Source: Phoronis australis
Lineage: Eukaryota; Animalia; Phoronida
Length of the DNA stretch: 64,000 nucleotides
Assembly (NCBI GenBank): GCA_002633005.1
Contig: NMRA01000122.1
Coordinates: 353,372 to 417,371 of the forward strand
Direction of reading: 5' to 3'
Part shown: piece by piece, positions 42,601-54,289 of the stretch
Layout: each line of letters starts with the position of its first letter
Numbering within the stretch: position 1 is the stretch's first letter
Made by a program: the position numbers and the translations under genes
The notes under the pieces: generated by a model
Seen by the model: only the letters and a program-made list of their open reading frames with translations
Told to the model about the DNA's origin: nothing
Database searches by the model: none

Positions 42601-45600
42601 ACTTATCTATGTGCAATCATTGATACTGGCACTCAGAAAGGATACCACTAAATGAAGACAGTCCACCTGACAGACCCTGGGCAAAATGTAGTCAGGACAG
42701 AGCCACGGGTACTTAGACACCAAGTGGACTGAGCCATAAGGGCTGAGTAGGAGAACTGAGCCAGAGGGACTGATTCAGAACATCACTTCACCTGACCTAA
42801 AATTAATTTAAAATCTATTGACTGCTCATGGGAAAGTTACCAACTAATGGCAGAGTTGATGAAAGACAACTACTGTATCAATGCATGATTGTACAATAAA
42901 GTCAAGACAAAAACCAGGGTTAACCAAATGTGCTGGCTTTCATTGCAGTCTTGTCAAGCAACAGTTTTCAAAGAAATTTAGAATGTTCCAAAAAGAAATT
43001 TGTTGTTAAAGAAGGCAACTTCCAGATGAGATTCGCTCCTCACTGCCATGTTTTCACCAGGACTATAGCCTCAATGAAGTATTAAGCTTATTCTGAAGCA
43101 CAACTTGAAATAATTTTGTTTCGGTTATTTTCCAAATGCCAAAAGTGTGGAAATTAAACTTTGAGTCGCGCTTGCACTTGCATGCTAAAGGCGTGAAAAC
43201 TAAACTTTGAGTCGCGCTTGCCTTTGAGTCTGAGTCGGCGACATCACATGCTAGTAAGCAGGCTCTAAGTACAGTCACGTTCATTGCTGGAAATAGTGCA
43301 TACCAAGACCATAGTCAGCCACTTTCAGTCTATGCCAAGTTTTCAAAAGAATCCATACGTTGTCATAGTTTTAAGAATTACCTAGTATTTTTATTCATTT
43401 CCAAAGTTTCAGACAGGCATGGCAACTGGTCACAAAAAATGTTCAGTATATCAAGATCAACACGCTGCGTCTGAGAGCAATGCTGCCATGATTGACTAAC
43501 ACTGCTTTGGTACAGTAAGTTTGAAAACAGAAGCTTTCTATATTCTGTGCATACTACCCGCGCAGAAAACACTTTTTTCAGACAACTATGAACAGATATT
43601 CTTCAATTAAACAAATTTTGGTGCAGTCCATTTTCTGGGTACAGGCGGGGATGATAAACACGTATATTTTCCCCTGGCCTTATAACCTACAGCAAAAGAA
43701 TTGCTGCGGAATCAAAAACTTGGGACATTTCTGAAGGCAGGTCACCACAGCATCAGTGCTTAAGTGAAGAGCGTACATGACTTTTCCCAAATCACATCAC
43801 TCAAACTACGGTAGATCAAATAGTCTCCATCCATATGCACAACATTACCACCTACAATTGACGTAGTTGCCTAGTTGGCAAGATGGCACTCTGGAAACCT
43901 TATGCAAGTGTGTGTATTCATGGTCAGATGACAAATAAAATTAACTTCTTATAATAGCAAAATGGTGAACATTTGAAAAAATATCCAATAATACACGTGC
44001 CATTATTGACAGTGACACCTGTTGCCATCAAAGATAACCAATCATACGGAATCTAAGTGTCAACGCTCCACAGTTAAATCCACCTATTTACTGGGAAGCA
44101 AACTTACACCACTTCAATCAAAGATCAAAACTATCACTTCATACTGACAGACATTCACCTGAACATCAATGCATGAACATTGGTGTGAAAGGCCTTTAGT
44201 ACACATTTACGAAATCATCACAACCCGTTACTCCTACTCGTAATGACCAGTGGTAGTCCCTCCGGCACAATTTACCATTAGCCTCGTTTTGGCGCCATCA
44301 TCCATCAGGATATGCCCTCAAACAAATATCAACTCATCAATGATATTCCAATAATGCATTAACTAGCACCGAGGATAATTAACTAGCTATAGATCCGTGT
44401 ATAAAACAGCGTGTGAAACAGTTAATATGATATGGCAAATTTTAAATCCCGCAATTGGTGTAGCGTAATCCTCCACTTATTGTTCAAAAATAATTGTGTT
44501 GGAAGTTTTACCAAATGGTGTTCTATGATTTCCATGCAGTACAAAACAAGATAATAATAAATTTTTCTTAATATATATTATTGTGGAGAAATTCGGCAAA
44601 ATACAAAGAACTTCCCTTGTCCGCTATATTGTGTGCCTAACAGCTGAAGTCCTACCATAACTACCTTGACATCAATGACATGGTGAACATCTGTGGCGAC
44701 CTGTGTGTTTGTAGTCATCTAATTCAGGATTCATATCTACCATAACAAACATGCCTTCCATCACAAAAATCAACTTTTGATTTAGACCACTTTAACCCTC
44801 ATGAAATTGGTCTCAAATTGTCCCTAGGTTAAATTGCGGGAGGTGCTTTAATGCCCTTGAAAGAGTCATAGCCCATTATTGCCTGAGACTACGCTCTATA
44901 AGTTGGCTTGCTACAGATGACGCGTCATTGTATGCATAAGGCACGGTCTCGAGGAAAAACGAAGTGTCAGATCTTTGGCAAACCTAGAAATCGCTTCTCA
45001 TATGAGTAAGGAACAAGATGAGACAATTTTCTAGGAGTAAGTGGTCTACATCAAATTTGGAGTAAGACTAGTGGTCTACATCAAATTTGCTTTTTAAAGC
45101 CACTTTAAGGGAAAAATAGGCCAGGAGCCAGTTTTAATAAAGCAGCAAATAAACTCTCCTTCCATCACAAAAAACAACTTCTCATTTAGACAACCTAATA
45201 CTATGAAATTGGTCTCAAATTGTTCCGCAGTCAAATTGGAGCTATGATTTCAGTTTTTCGGCAAACTGACTGTTCATTACTGGAGTCTAAGCTCTTCAAA
45301 CTGGCTTGTCACGGCGGGTCATTTTATTTGCCAAGCACGGTATCAAGGAATAACCACCAGTTCTTTCTAACCCCAGAATGCACTCCTCACCTGAGGGAGG
45401 AACAAGTTGAGATCAATCTTACAGCTGTGAGTTATCTACATCAATCATAGATCGCTTCTTGAAACGTACCCAAGACGGTCATAAGCATGTTATTGCCAAG
45501 CTGATGAAGCATTTTTTCTAAAAGTGAAATGCTGTTACGTAGTTAACATACAAGTTAAACACCTCCCCTTACATTTTAACCATGTTAATGAATTGTTTGC

Positions 45601-48600
45601 TACTAAAAAGTCACAATACAACCATCATAGCCAAGACCAGAGATAAAACGGGACTGTTTTGTCAACTTTGTAGGGTTTGAAAGAAGGCACAAAGAAATCC
45701 TTTAAACTAGTCGTTTTAAGTTTTCTGAAACGTATAAACCCATGTATTGGTTAGCTCAAAGTTTCAAAATTTAGAATCTAAAATTTGCCTGCAAGTTAAA
45801 ATTAAGTACCAACCGTGTAATTTACAAAATAGACGATTTGAATATCAAAAAGTAAATCATGTTAACTCTATGGTATACTTGATTTCATGTGATTGGTTAA
45901 TTCCATGTTAAAAAAACAGTCAATCAATAGCCAGATTCCACCAGGTCAAGTGCTTTTCCTACCTCTGCAAAGAGGAGAGCTGAATTTGTTATCTCGCTGG
46001 TTCCCTGTGTGCCGCTAGGTGGAAGCCAGCACGTAGGTATCAATTAATTTTCCTCAGGAATTTTTTTTACACCGGCGTTTCTGATTGGCTGGTCGAATTC
46101 TCAACAGGCAGCGCTTTACGCAAACAAACTAGCAGGACTGATGAAGGAAGTGTAAACATGGTCTGTTGTACAGACAAATCGGTGCTTAAAATTCATGTTC
46201 AAGAAATGTGAATCCCATAGATTGTGGTTGCACCTTTTCAGAGTGCATCTTTCTACTATCGCTGACTTTTGTTTACGTTGCTGTCCTGTATTCACGCAGT
46301 AGGAATGACACACTAGTTAAACCGGCCAGATGACGGTGTGTTTACTGTCGAGGGGGTTTCAGAACATCCTTACAATTGTTAGTCTGCCATTTTCTCACTT
46401 TGTTGTAAAGATAACCAATGACTGCCAAGGTTTCATCAACCAATGACAAAGCGCGTGATACTGCATGATACCTGCATGCTCACTTGGCACGTAGGGAACC
46501 AGAGAGAATCTGTGATGTGCCAAAAATTGCACTTCATATCACACTTAATATGCATTTCACATCAAACTTACCTTAAGCGTCTCGTAAAGTCGAATAACAT
46601 TAGGATGCCTCAGCTGGGATAAAATCCTCGCTTCTCTGTGTAAATTCTTACGTACATAACTTTCCCTGATTTTTCTTGTGTCAATTATTTTTACTGCAAC
46701 CTGAAAAGAAAAATGTGTTAGTCATAACTTAATACCAAATGCCATTACATTTTACACACATTATTTTTAACAAAATTACACATTGATCCCATACACTCCT
46801 AAAGCATCTATTTGTAACAGGCGTCAAATGACAGCCTAGACACGAACCATTTCTAATCATTACTTGTTTCCATAAAGTGCTCTGCTGAGACAATTAAGAG
46901 AGGCTCATTTATCATTTAAGTGTAAATGATGGAATGATGTTGGTAACTTAATAGAATCAGAGTACTAGCGCAAATTAGTGCAAAAAACACGAGTGAAGCA
47001 CTTTGCCAGTGCAAAAGAACTGAAACTTACTGGCAAAACAACACGCGAACACCTCCTTGTTCGATAGACACAAGGAATTGCTAAACTGATAATCTGAACA
47101 AAAATAGTATGTTTCCAAAACCAATCATCGAAATACAATTACACCAACTAGACATTAACAAAACCTCAGTAGAAACCAAGTTATACCTATGAAACCCAAT
47201 CACGCTGAAGACCGTGGATTGCAAATTACCTCAATATTTAAGGAAGCCTTAGTCACTCTTCAGTCGGTGTAACCAAAGTGTTTGAATAGCACAAAATGTT
47301 TAGCAAGAACAACTTGTTCCCTTTTTAATAATGCATTTGGGATGCTGAAATGGAAAATACCGTAGAATCGATTTCATTTTAAGGTGAAAATGGGACACCA
47401 GCGACTTTTACTTTCACCACGTTTCTAATTCCTCAAATTTGTGGTCAGGTATACACACCAATACAAAGATTAGAGTATGAATGCAAAACTGAAATATCTT
47501 AAACAGATAATATCAAATGCACTCTAACATTTCAGACATTGCAATTATTCTGCGTAATAATTCGGGGCTTTCCAGGGTTTAAGGACAATACTTAAACTTT
47601 CAATGACCGAAATTGGACATTTGCCACAACAATGCACTGGTATATGAACAATAACAGTATTTCAGTTTCTAGACAAGTTCTGTCCAAGGTCCTTAGAAAG
47701 GGTTTGTTCTCTTTTCAAAAACTCACTGTCCAGTCACTGAACAAACTGATAACAGAACTCAGCCAAACTCGCAAAAATGAGAGCTTATTTCTTGCACACT
47801 AAGTTAAGGTACACGGGTACTTGTGCTTTTGGCAGACTTCATAATATATTACCAACATTCAGGTAACTGTGAATTGTCACAATTGCACAATTTCAAAAGG
47901 ATATGTGATGGGGTAACTGGGGACAAATGGGACATTGAAAAGCTGCAATGGTCCTTAAATTGTGTAATACAAATCAAAAGTGTCTAGACACCTTGATTGA
48001 AAACCCAAGGTGCAATTGAGGCAGACAATCCTGAGGACACAGTTGGAACAAGTGATGGTTATGTAGGACCCAAGTGCCTAGTCTGGCAATTCCGCCAAAT
48101 ATCTACATTAGTATAGATTTCAACTCAATAAAAGTACATACCGGTATTTTCTGACAGTAGAAAGCCTGTAGAATTTGACGATGTGACCATGCCTTTCTAG
48201 CAAACTTTAACAAATAAAAAAGGTAAATTTTTAGTAAATAATACCATCAAAAGTATTGACCAAATTTTGCTCAATGTAGAGCTTCGAGATGGAAATTTCA
48301 AAAACACTGATATTTTCAAAATTAGCACTTCATTTTTTGATGCAACATTTTTTCATACATTTCAAAATCAATTCCTGACATCATTTTGGAAAACATTTCA
48401 TAAAGCATGGTATCTGTTTTATATGAATCCGATCTGTCATTTCTATATGATGTTCCAGAGTTTGCCAAACTTTGACATTTTTGGGGTCCTGCATAACCTT
48501 AAGAATGTATGATAATTCATCACTAGGAAAATGACAATTTTGCCTGTTATTTTCGTGCAAAAAATTGGAGAATTACTGTTATTAACCAGAGTGGCACAGT

Positions 48601-51600
48601 AAGTATTATGAAGAACTATCCATCAATAATAGCCTATACAGATACACACTACAATTTACATTTACTCGCATTGGGGACCACCAGGAAGTTTCAAACTTGG
48701 AATGTCTCATAGCCTTTCCCACAACCAACTACAAGAATTTTAACCTTAATGGGGAAAGGTGATTTAAAGCCTTTTCATACTAACATCTAGAAGCGTGGAT
48801 GTTTTGGGGAGTTGCAGTCAGTATGAACTGTTAACTTCAGTCCTGGCTCAAAGTTAACAGCACCAGTGAACTTCGCAGTAAACAGGTGGATTGAACGGCG
48901 GAGCGTCGATGGTGCAGTGCAGTATGAACTATTAATTTCAGTCCAATCGAAGTTGTCGGCAGAGGCCACTGTTATCGTCAACAATTAAAGGGCAGTGTTG
49001 TCACTAATAATTGCTTATATTTTACTCGAGTAATCACCAACCCAACTAGAAATAAGTTTTATGTCAATTAGCACACGTAAATGTTCCCAAATTGTTGCGA
49101 TTACTTCGATGACAACAGCGTCACGTCATTTACTTAAATGTATGTTAAATACCGAAGCGAAGCCGAAATGAACGGTTCATCAGTTAACTTTGCAGCTTAT
49201 GTGGACGCTCCTCTCACACTGGATTTAAGTCAGTATGAAAGACCCTTTAGACCAGACTAAAGTTAGGACAGTAATACAATCTAGTATGCTTGAAAAGACA
49301 GGATTACCAAGTGTACTAATGTTATTCCAATTACATAAGCAAACTGTGAAAGGTTTTGACCAGGGTATTCTCTGGAAATCCAAAAGGAACGTAAAGGCTC
49401 GCTGCCTAAAAACATATGGCTACATGTTTCTGTGATTCCACAGAGTGAGTATTTGTTGTTCACAGCGTGAAAAAATCGTTAAGTGTCCAATTAGTACATT
49501 TTTGTTATTTACACGACTCACAAAATGCTTCTTGACCTTTGACCAAAGACAATGTATTCATATCAAAGTAACTATAAATGAAATACGGCAGAATTATAGA
49601 GTTATAAAATCTAGCAGACCGATATTGTTGAAGAGGTTATGCCTCATGTCACTGCTTGTAGAATGATGGAGCTCCTCACCTCTAAACGTTTGATCACAAT
49701 TAGCAGAAAATTGTGGGTAATGATATCAAAAACATTTCACAAATCCATCAAGGCTGAAAAATAATGAGGGATGCAAGCCTCTCCACTATAGTGTGGTGAT
49801 TTTATGTGGAGAATTGGTCAATAACCAGTCAACTTAGAATCACCAATCATAAACACAGAGTATTCATTGAGGCGATAACAGATATCTGTATTATGATCAG
49901 CAATTTAGTAATTGCAAACAATTGATTTTTATACACGTTATTTCCATAGGGATCTGTCTTTCATATATTAGTTAATGCAAAGACAGTGGTGTATACAGCG
50001 ATTAGCCACGCACATCTTGATCAGTGAACGATGACAGCATTAAAGCTTAATGTAGTGCCTCACTATCAAGATCTTTCCTTAGAATCAGTGGCACATTTAT
50101 GACCAGCACTCATGCAGTTCAGATGGACCATAAAACTGGCATTGATTTTGTGGTAGATCAGCCCAGTAAGCTGAAGCAATTCTAGCGGGTAACTTTTTTC
50201 AACATGCAAAATGTTATCCAGTATGGAGCATTACCGTATAAGTTTACATATAAAGGCAAAATGTACAATGTGAACAGAAATTTGGACCAGCTTTTGTCGC
50301 CAAATAAAGGAAACAATTTCGATACATTTCCTTGACAAACAGAAATAATATCAGAGGCCTGTTTTACTAAGCAACTTGTGACCTTTTTGGTCACATAGCT
50401 AACTCCTGTAACATTATAGAAAATGAGTCGAGACTTTTTGCCGAGACTTAAAGCAAGTTAAAATGAGACTTCAAGTTTATGAAACTGCGGAAAAATGTTT
50501 GTTAAAGTTGCTTAGCAAATTATATGGATTAAATCCAAACTAATCCAATTTTTTTGTAAGTGATCAACCTAAATGAATCATAATCATTGATCCAGGAATA
50601 AAAAATCGCCAAGCCCACATGTCCTTGCAATATCAAACTATAATGGTAAAAAATTAACCCCCGAAAAACGTGGCCATAAGACTTCCTTATTTTGTTGTCA
50701 TGCTGAACATGCCCCCACTCCTCCTTTGTGTCTACATCTTCCACCAGCTGGCGCTGGCTACATGCACTCCTTTGCAAGGGGACTTATAACAAGACAGACA
50801 TGAAAAGCATGGTATAAATACAGGCAGCCCTAACCCAACTGGAAATAGAACTCGTTTGACCTGGTTTTATAGGTATTTTCAGCCTGGAAAATACAAACAG
50901 CTTACAGTATTGAAACAGTGCAAACCTTCACAGCTTAAGGTATTAAAACAGTGCAAACCTTCGATATTTTAAAAATTGAGTATGTCCTTTTGGTTGGCAC
51001 ATGGAAAAAATTCAAAACAGTGATAATCATCAACAAATGGAACAATTTACATAAGGTTTCCAATCAATTCACAGGGCAGACAACTTTTCATGGAAAGAGG
51101 GGAGATACCTATGTAATAAAATACAGGTTAGAGAATCTTGGTGTTCCAACGCATGTTCGTTTATCAATAAGTAAACACTAAGACAACTCAGATACCACCA
51201 AAAGAAGCCAAGTTAATGACGACGTGAGCAACACGACTGAGATGAGGTATCTGTCCAGGTTTCAGTTTCATCGCCAGTTTGAAACTCCGAAATTCACTTA
51301 GCAATTGAATCTCAAGATAATAGAAATTACATTTAAGTACGTTAAATCTCAAATTTGTGAATCAGAAATTGTGACCAGTGAGCAGGTCTTGTCTTTACGT
51401 TCCTCGTCTAACATGAACCAGTGGTATCCCGTTCTGTGTTCAGTTATCTTTGTTGATTGAGTGGTGTTTGTTATCGCAGCTGACCTGCCCCCTGGTGACT
51501 AATTTAGCCAAGTGACTGTTGGACAGGAAACCCAAAATGATAGACAAAAGTGAGCTAGCCAAAGCCAAATTCCTTTAGGTTCCACTTGAGAGTGGGTCAT

Positions 51601-54113
51601 TCAGCTTTCCTGCTCCCTTCCATAGCTTAAAGATTTTTGCTCACCCACCGATAATGCCTTCGCAGGATTAGAAACTCCGTCATCAGTCCTTTATCAACTT
51701 TCAAAGTATCTGTTCTTTGTTGATAGTTCCAGGTTGACGTTTCGTAGCACACCCTCAGTCAGTGCAAGAACACCAACAATTTCTCTTTCACCGGTTTTAT
51801 AGTGTTGTGATAAACATTGTCACACTCAAGATATATTGTCACCGGACAACAAGTGTCGTTCGCATCAACACATATTGTCACCCATCCATATAAAAGTACG
51901 AGTTGGATACGACAATATATGCAGTGAACACTGGCACCAACTGTTGACCCACAACTGTTTTAAATGGAAGTCTATTTACCAGGGCCTTTTCGGCACAAAG
52001 GCCGATCCTGAGTCAGATGTCCAGCAAGGAAATTGCAAGAAAGTCCAAAACTAGGTCAGTGGCAAGCTGAATGGGAGAAAGATTCAAGATTCGAGAGATG
52101 GTTGGTGATGGTGATACCCACGCTTGATGTCAGCCTCACTTGCGTACGGTGCCTCATTTTGCCCTCACCTCCTACTTTAACTCTGGATCGACATTACAAC
52201 TCCCTATCATGACGTACACCTCATCTACTGGAGACCCTTGTTGAAGTTTGATTAGCCCATGCCTTCACTTGGGCCTACACACACAATATGAAGTTGGTCT
52301 AATTGCACCTAAGGTAGATAACTTTAGGGGACGGCAATATATGCTGTCACATAACACCAATATTGTCACACTCAAAACATATTGTGCCCCCCAGGAGGCA
52401 ACAATATGTGCTGGGTGTGACACAATATGCCACGAATGCTAACACATAGTCTCACACGTGACAACGTGGCTACGTCAACGGCACATATTGTCACACTCGG
52501 CATATTTAGAGGCAACAACGTTCATTGGTCAAATGTGACAGTGTAATGTGACAATTATCCTCTCCAGCTGTATTCCTGTTACTCTCATCCTCACACCGCG
52601 TTTACAAAACAGTTTACAAATACTTGAGCAGATATTTCACGTGTTTATATATGCAAGGTAAAATCTCACCAATTTAGGAGAGACTATGACTGAAAAATGA
52701 AATTTTACTTTCTCATCTTTTTCATTAAACATAAGTAGCGCAAAAGAAAGGTTTTATCAGATCGTTCTGTACCAGAGCAGCCATCAGCTAATGTTTTAAG
52801 TATTTGTAAATATTTATAACAATGTCTGAAACCTTTGAAAAATAACCAATTGGACAGTTATGTTTTCATGAAAATGGTGAGATTTTACCATATTCACTGG
52901 ACTGTTATTGCTTATCAGGGTCTTTCAGAAGATTGAAGTCAGTCTGTAGTGTTTCTACAGCTTTTTTGAGAAAATTTGGAAGTAACAAATGAAGTGCTAC
53001 CAACGTGTCAACTTACTGTCAAACTTCAGGGATAAAACTTTTATGGTGCCTTGTTCTAACCTTCCATATGTTGTTTTTTATTTTTATTTTTTTCATTGGT
53101 ACAACAACTGAATTCTGCGGATCACCCTCTTTTATGTAGGGAAGGACAATTGTAAACATGGTCTTCCATATGACGTCCGTTGGTGTTCAACTTGTTCAGT
53201 CTCATGTTTCTGCCGGTCAGCGTAATACAGAGAGCCAGACTGTGGGCACCTTGGATCATGGGCTCTTGCCAACTCTGGATGCCATACCGTCTAGATGTAC
53301 ATTCTTTCCTGTTTGCACCTTGTGCCTAGTTCCAATTTCCGGTGAGATGTTAACCCTGTCTCTAAACCGGGTTAGTCATGTAACATGTACTCTGTATTCC
53401 CAAGGTTTTGTAAGTAGGTCAAATTAGTTAATTGAAACCTGCCCAAAATTTGAATCATTGTTACAATGAACAATCTGCAATGAGGATTAACCCACAGCAA
53501 ATTTACAAAGAATTTTACAGTTCCGTTCACAGCCTCAGCTCGCGAGTAGTAATACACTGCAGACCTGGAATTTGCAGGTGTCCCCAAGACTTCTAAGCAA
53601 CTGGGGTCACTTACCTAATCCTAAATACCAACACAGGATAAGCTCTTAACAAAGGAATAGTGGACAACAACATGGCATTACATGAGAAATAAACAAGCGC
53701 AAGCTTGTTTTGTTGTAGAACGTGGAACCTTGCTGATTACAACACCAGAAAATCAACAACCGTGTAAATCTGCGGACTGTCGGAATTCCGATGAATTGCC
53801 TCCTAGTATTCGCGTACTAATAACTCGTGTAAACAGACAAGTTATCCTAAGACTTGGCGAAATAATTACTTGACTAGCAAAGAAGATTAGCAGCAAACCT
53901 ATGGTTCCAAGGTTGAAGGTTCCCATCTATAAGACTTACACCGTCAGCACACAGCTCACGCTGAAACTAGAACAAATCAAATCGGCAAACTAAAAACGTT
54001 ACCTTGCACTTCGTTATTCCGTGAGTAGCCAATTCGACTCTTGCAAAATTTCCCTTTCCAAGAGTTTTTCCATCCATAAGATACCGACCGATGTATTGGA
54101 TTTTCTTTCCCAT
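21451..54113 (-). CDS. Partial spliced gene (5' three coding exons) for an AMPK-related HUNK/MARK-like Ser/Thr protein kinase; join of 54113-54003, 46700-46572, 21617-21451; continues beyond the left edge of the window
   Basis: Manual reverse-complement translation gives MGKKIQYIGRYLMDGKTLGKGNFARVELATHGITKCK|VAVKIIDTRKIRESYVRKNLHREARILSQLRHPNVIRLYETLK|ASSFYCLVLESANGGELLSFIRSQRDSRLTEEQAWPFVRQMVSALCYMHERGVVHR. Kinase subdomains I-VIb are in the correct order, all junctions are GT-AG and the phases (0,0,2) are compatible. YVRKNLHRE and RQMVSA recall HUNK (YVTKNLRRE, RQLISA), while GKGNFARVELATH recalls MARK/SIK. Exact orthology is not established. Confidence 0.93.
27554..27669. repeat. Local tandem duplication (about 50-60 bp) with a nested short duplication
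   Basis: aaaagtatgcactacact..cgaggaccatgcactgcgcttatatattaaaaagta occurs twice, and the first copy carries cgaggaccatg twice. Confidence 0.9.
28507..28580. repeat. (AAT/AAC)n microsatellite
   Basis: Trinucleotide run; source of the poly-Leu ORF 28383-28595. Confidence 0.95.
37005..37224 (-). mobile_element. Truncated inverted copy of the GTTAAC-rich Harbinger-like family (copy C)
   Basis: Reverse complement aligns to the left half of copies A and B (gttaaatccacct, actgttaacttc) and ends in gaaaggccttta. Confidence 0.6.
38800..38832. repeat. (TG)n microsatellite
   Basis: About 16 TG units with one CG interruption. Confidence 0.95.
41069..41135 (+). mobile_element. Possible decayed tRNA-derived SINE head
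   Basis: B-box-like GGTTCGATTC at about 41120, preceded by an anticodon-arm-like gcatttggctgcaacca. There is no intact A box or acceptor stem, so it is not a tRNA gene. Confidence 0.3.
43990..44198 (-). mobile_element. Truncated inverted copy of the GTTAAC-rich Harbinger-like family (copy D)
   Basis: tcaacgctccacagttaaatccacctatttactg matches the reverse complement of 48876-48910 and the copy ends in tgtgaaaggccttta. Confidence 0.6.
44754..45465. repeat. Diverged tandem duplication, about 404-bp period
   Basis: ccttccatcacaaaaa.caactt...atttagac...atgaaattggtctcaaattgt starts at both 44754 and 45158. Later blocks (gcacggt, aggaacaag.tgaga, tctacatcaa) are also shared. Confidence 0.85.
45992..46507. 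mobile_element. MITE with about 22-bp TIRs, 65 bp inside intron 2 from the exon 2 donor
   Basis: tctcgctggttccctgtgtgcc (45992-46013) versus ggcacgtagggaaccagagaga (46486-46507), 3 mismatches. Subterminal inverted similarity continues (aggtatca / tgatacct). Confidence 0.8.
46572..46700 (-). CDS. Kinase coding exon 2 (VAVK lysine, alphaC, HPN motif)
   Basis: 129 nt = 43 codons, VAVKIIDTRKIRESYVRKNLHREARILSQLRHPNVIRLYETLK. Acceptor tttttcttttcag|GTT, donor AAG|gtaagt. Confidence 0.95.
48057..48498. mobile_element. Non-autonomous DNA transposon, Kolobok-like (RR..YY ends, TTAA at right flank)
   Basis: TIRs ggttatgtaggaccc (48057-48071) and gggtcctgcataacc (48484-48498), followed by TTAA. Homologous to 161-714 in inverted orientation. 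Confidence 0.75.
48767..49248 (+). mobile_element. Non-autonomous TIR element, Harbinger-like, GTTAAC-rich family (copy B)
   Basis: Colinear with 4765-5237. Termini aagccttttcatact ... agtatgaaagaccctt with TA-rich flanks. Confidence 0.8.
51810..52560. mobile_element. Decayed element with two clusters of ATATTGTCAC / GACAATAT subterminal repeats flanking a unique core
   Basis: Motif clusters at about 51815-51920 and 52335-52556, in both orientations. Confidence 0.45.
54003..54113 (-). CDS. Kinase coding exon 1 (start Met, glycine-rich loop)
   Basis: 111 nt = 37 codons, MGKKIQYIGRYLMDGKTLGKGNFARVELATHGITKCK, containing the GxGxFxxV loop. The ATG is in a good context (AATATGG) with an in-frame TGA two codons upstream. 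Donor AAG|gtaacg. Confidence 0.93.
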
Positions 54114-54289
54114 ATTTCATATGTTCAACCGCTGAATGACTCGAGTGTAAAGGATTGCACTTTAGGCCAATATCAAAAATGTCAGTCGATAAATAAAGCT
54201 TTATAAAAATAGCTTGACGCCCGATACACAAATCAATGATTCTTCATTGCGAATAAACTCCAGTAATTAACAAGATTCCGAGACTCATC

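Noticed and set aside
53615-53620. Second 6-nt microexon candidate (ag|GATTAG|gtaagt) in intron 1 that would add a stop codon
   Set aside because: The donor is strong but the acceptor tract (cctgtgttggtatttag) is poor. It also shows that AG-N6-GTAAG patterns arise by chance, which tempers the 40769 candidate.
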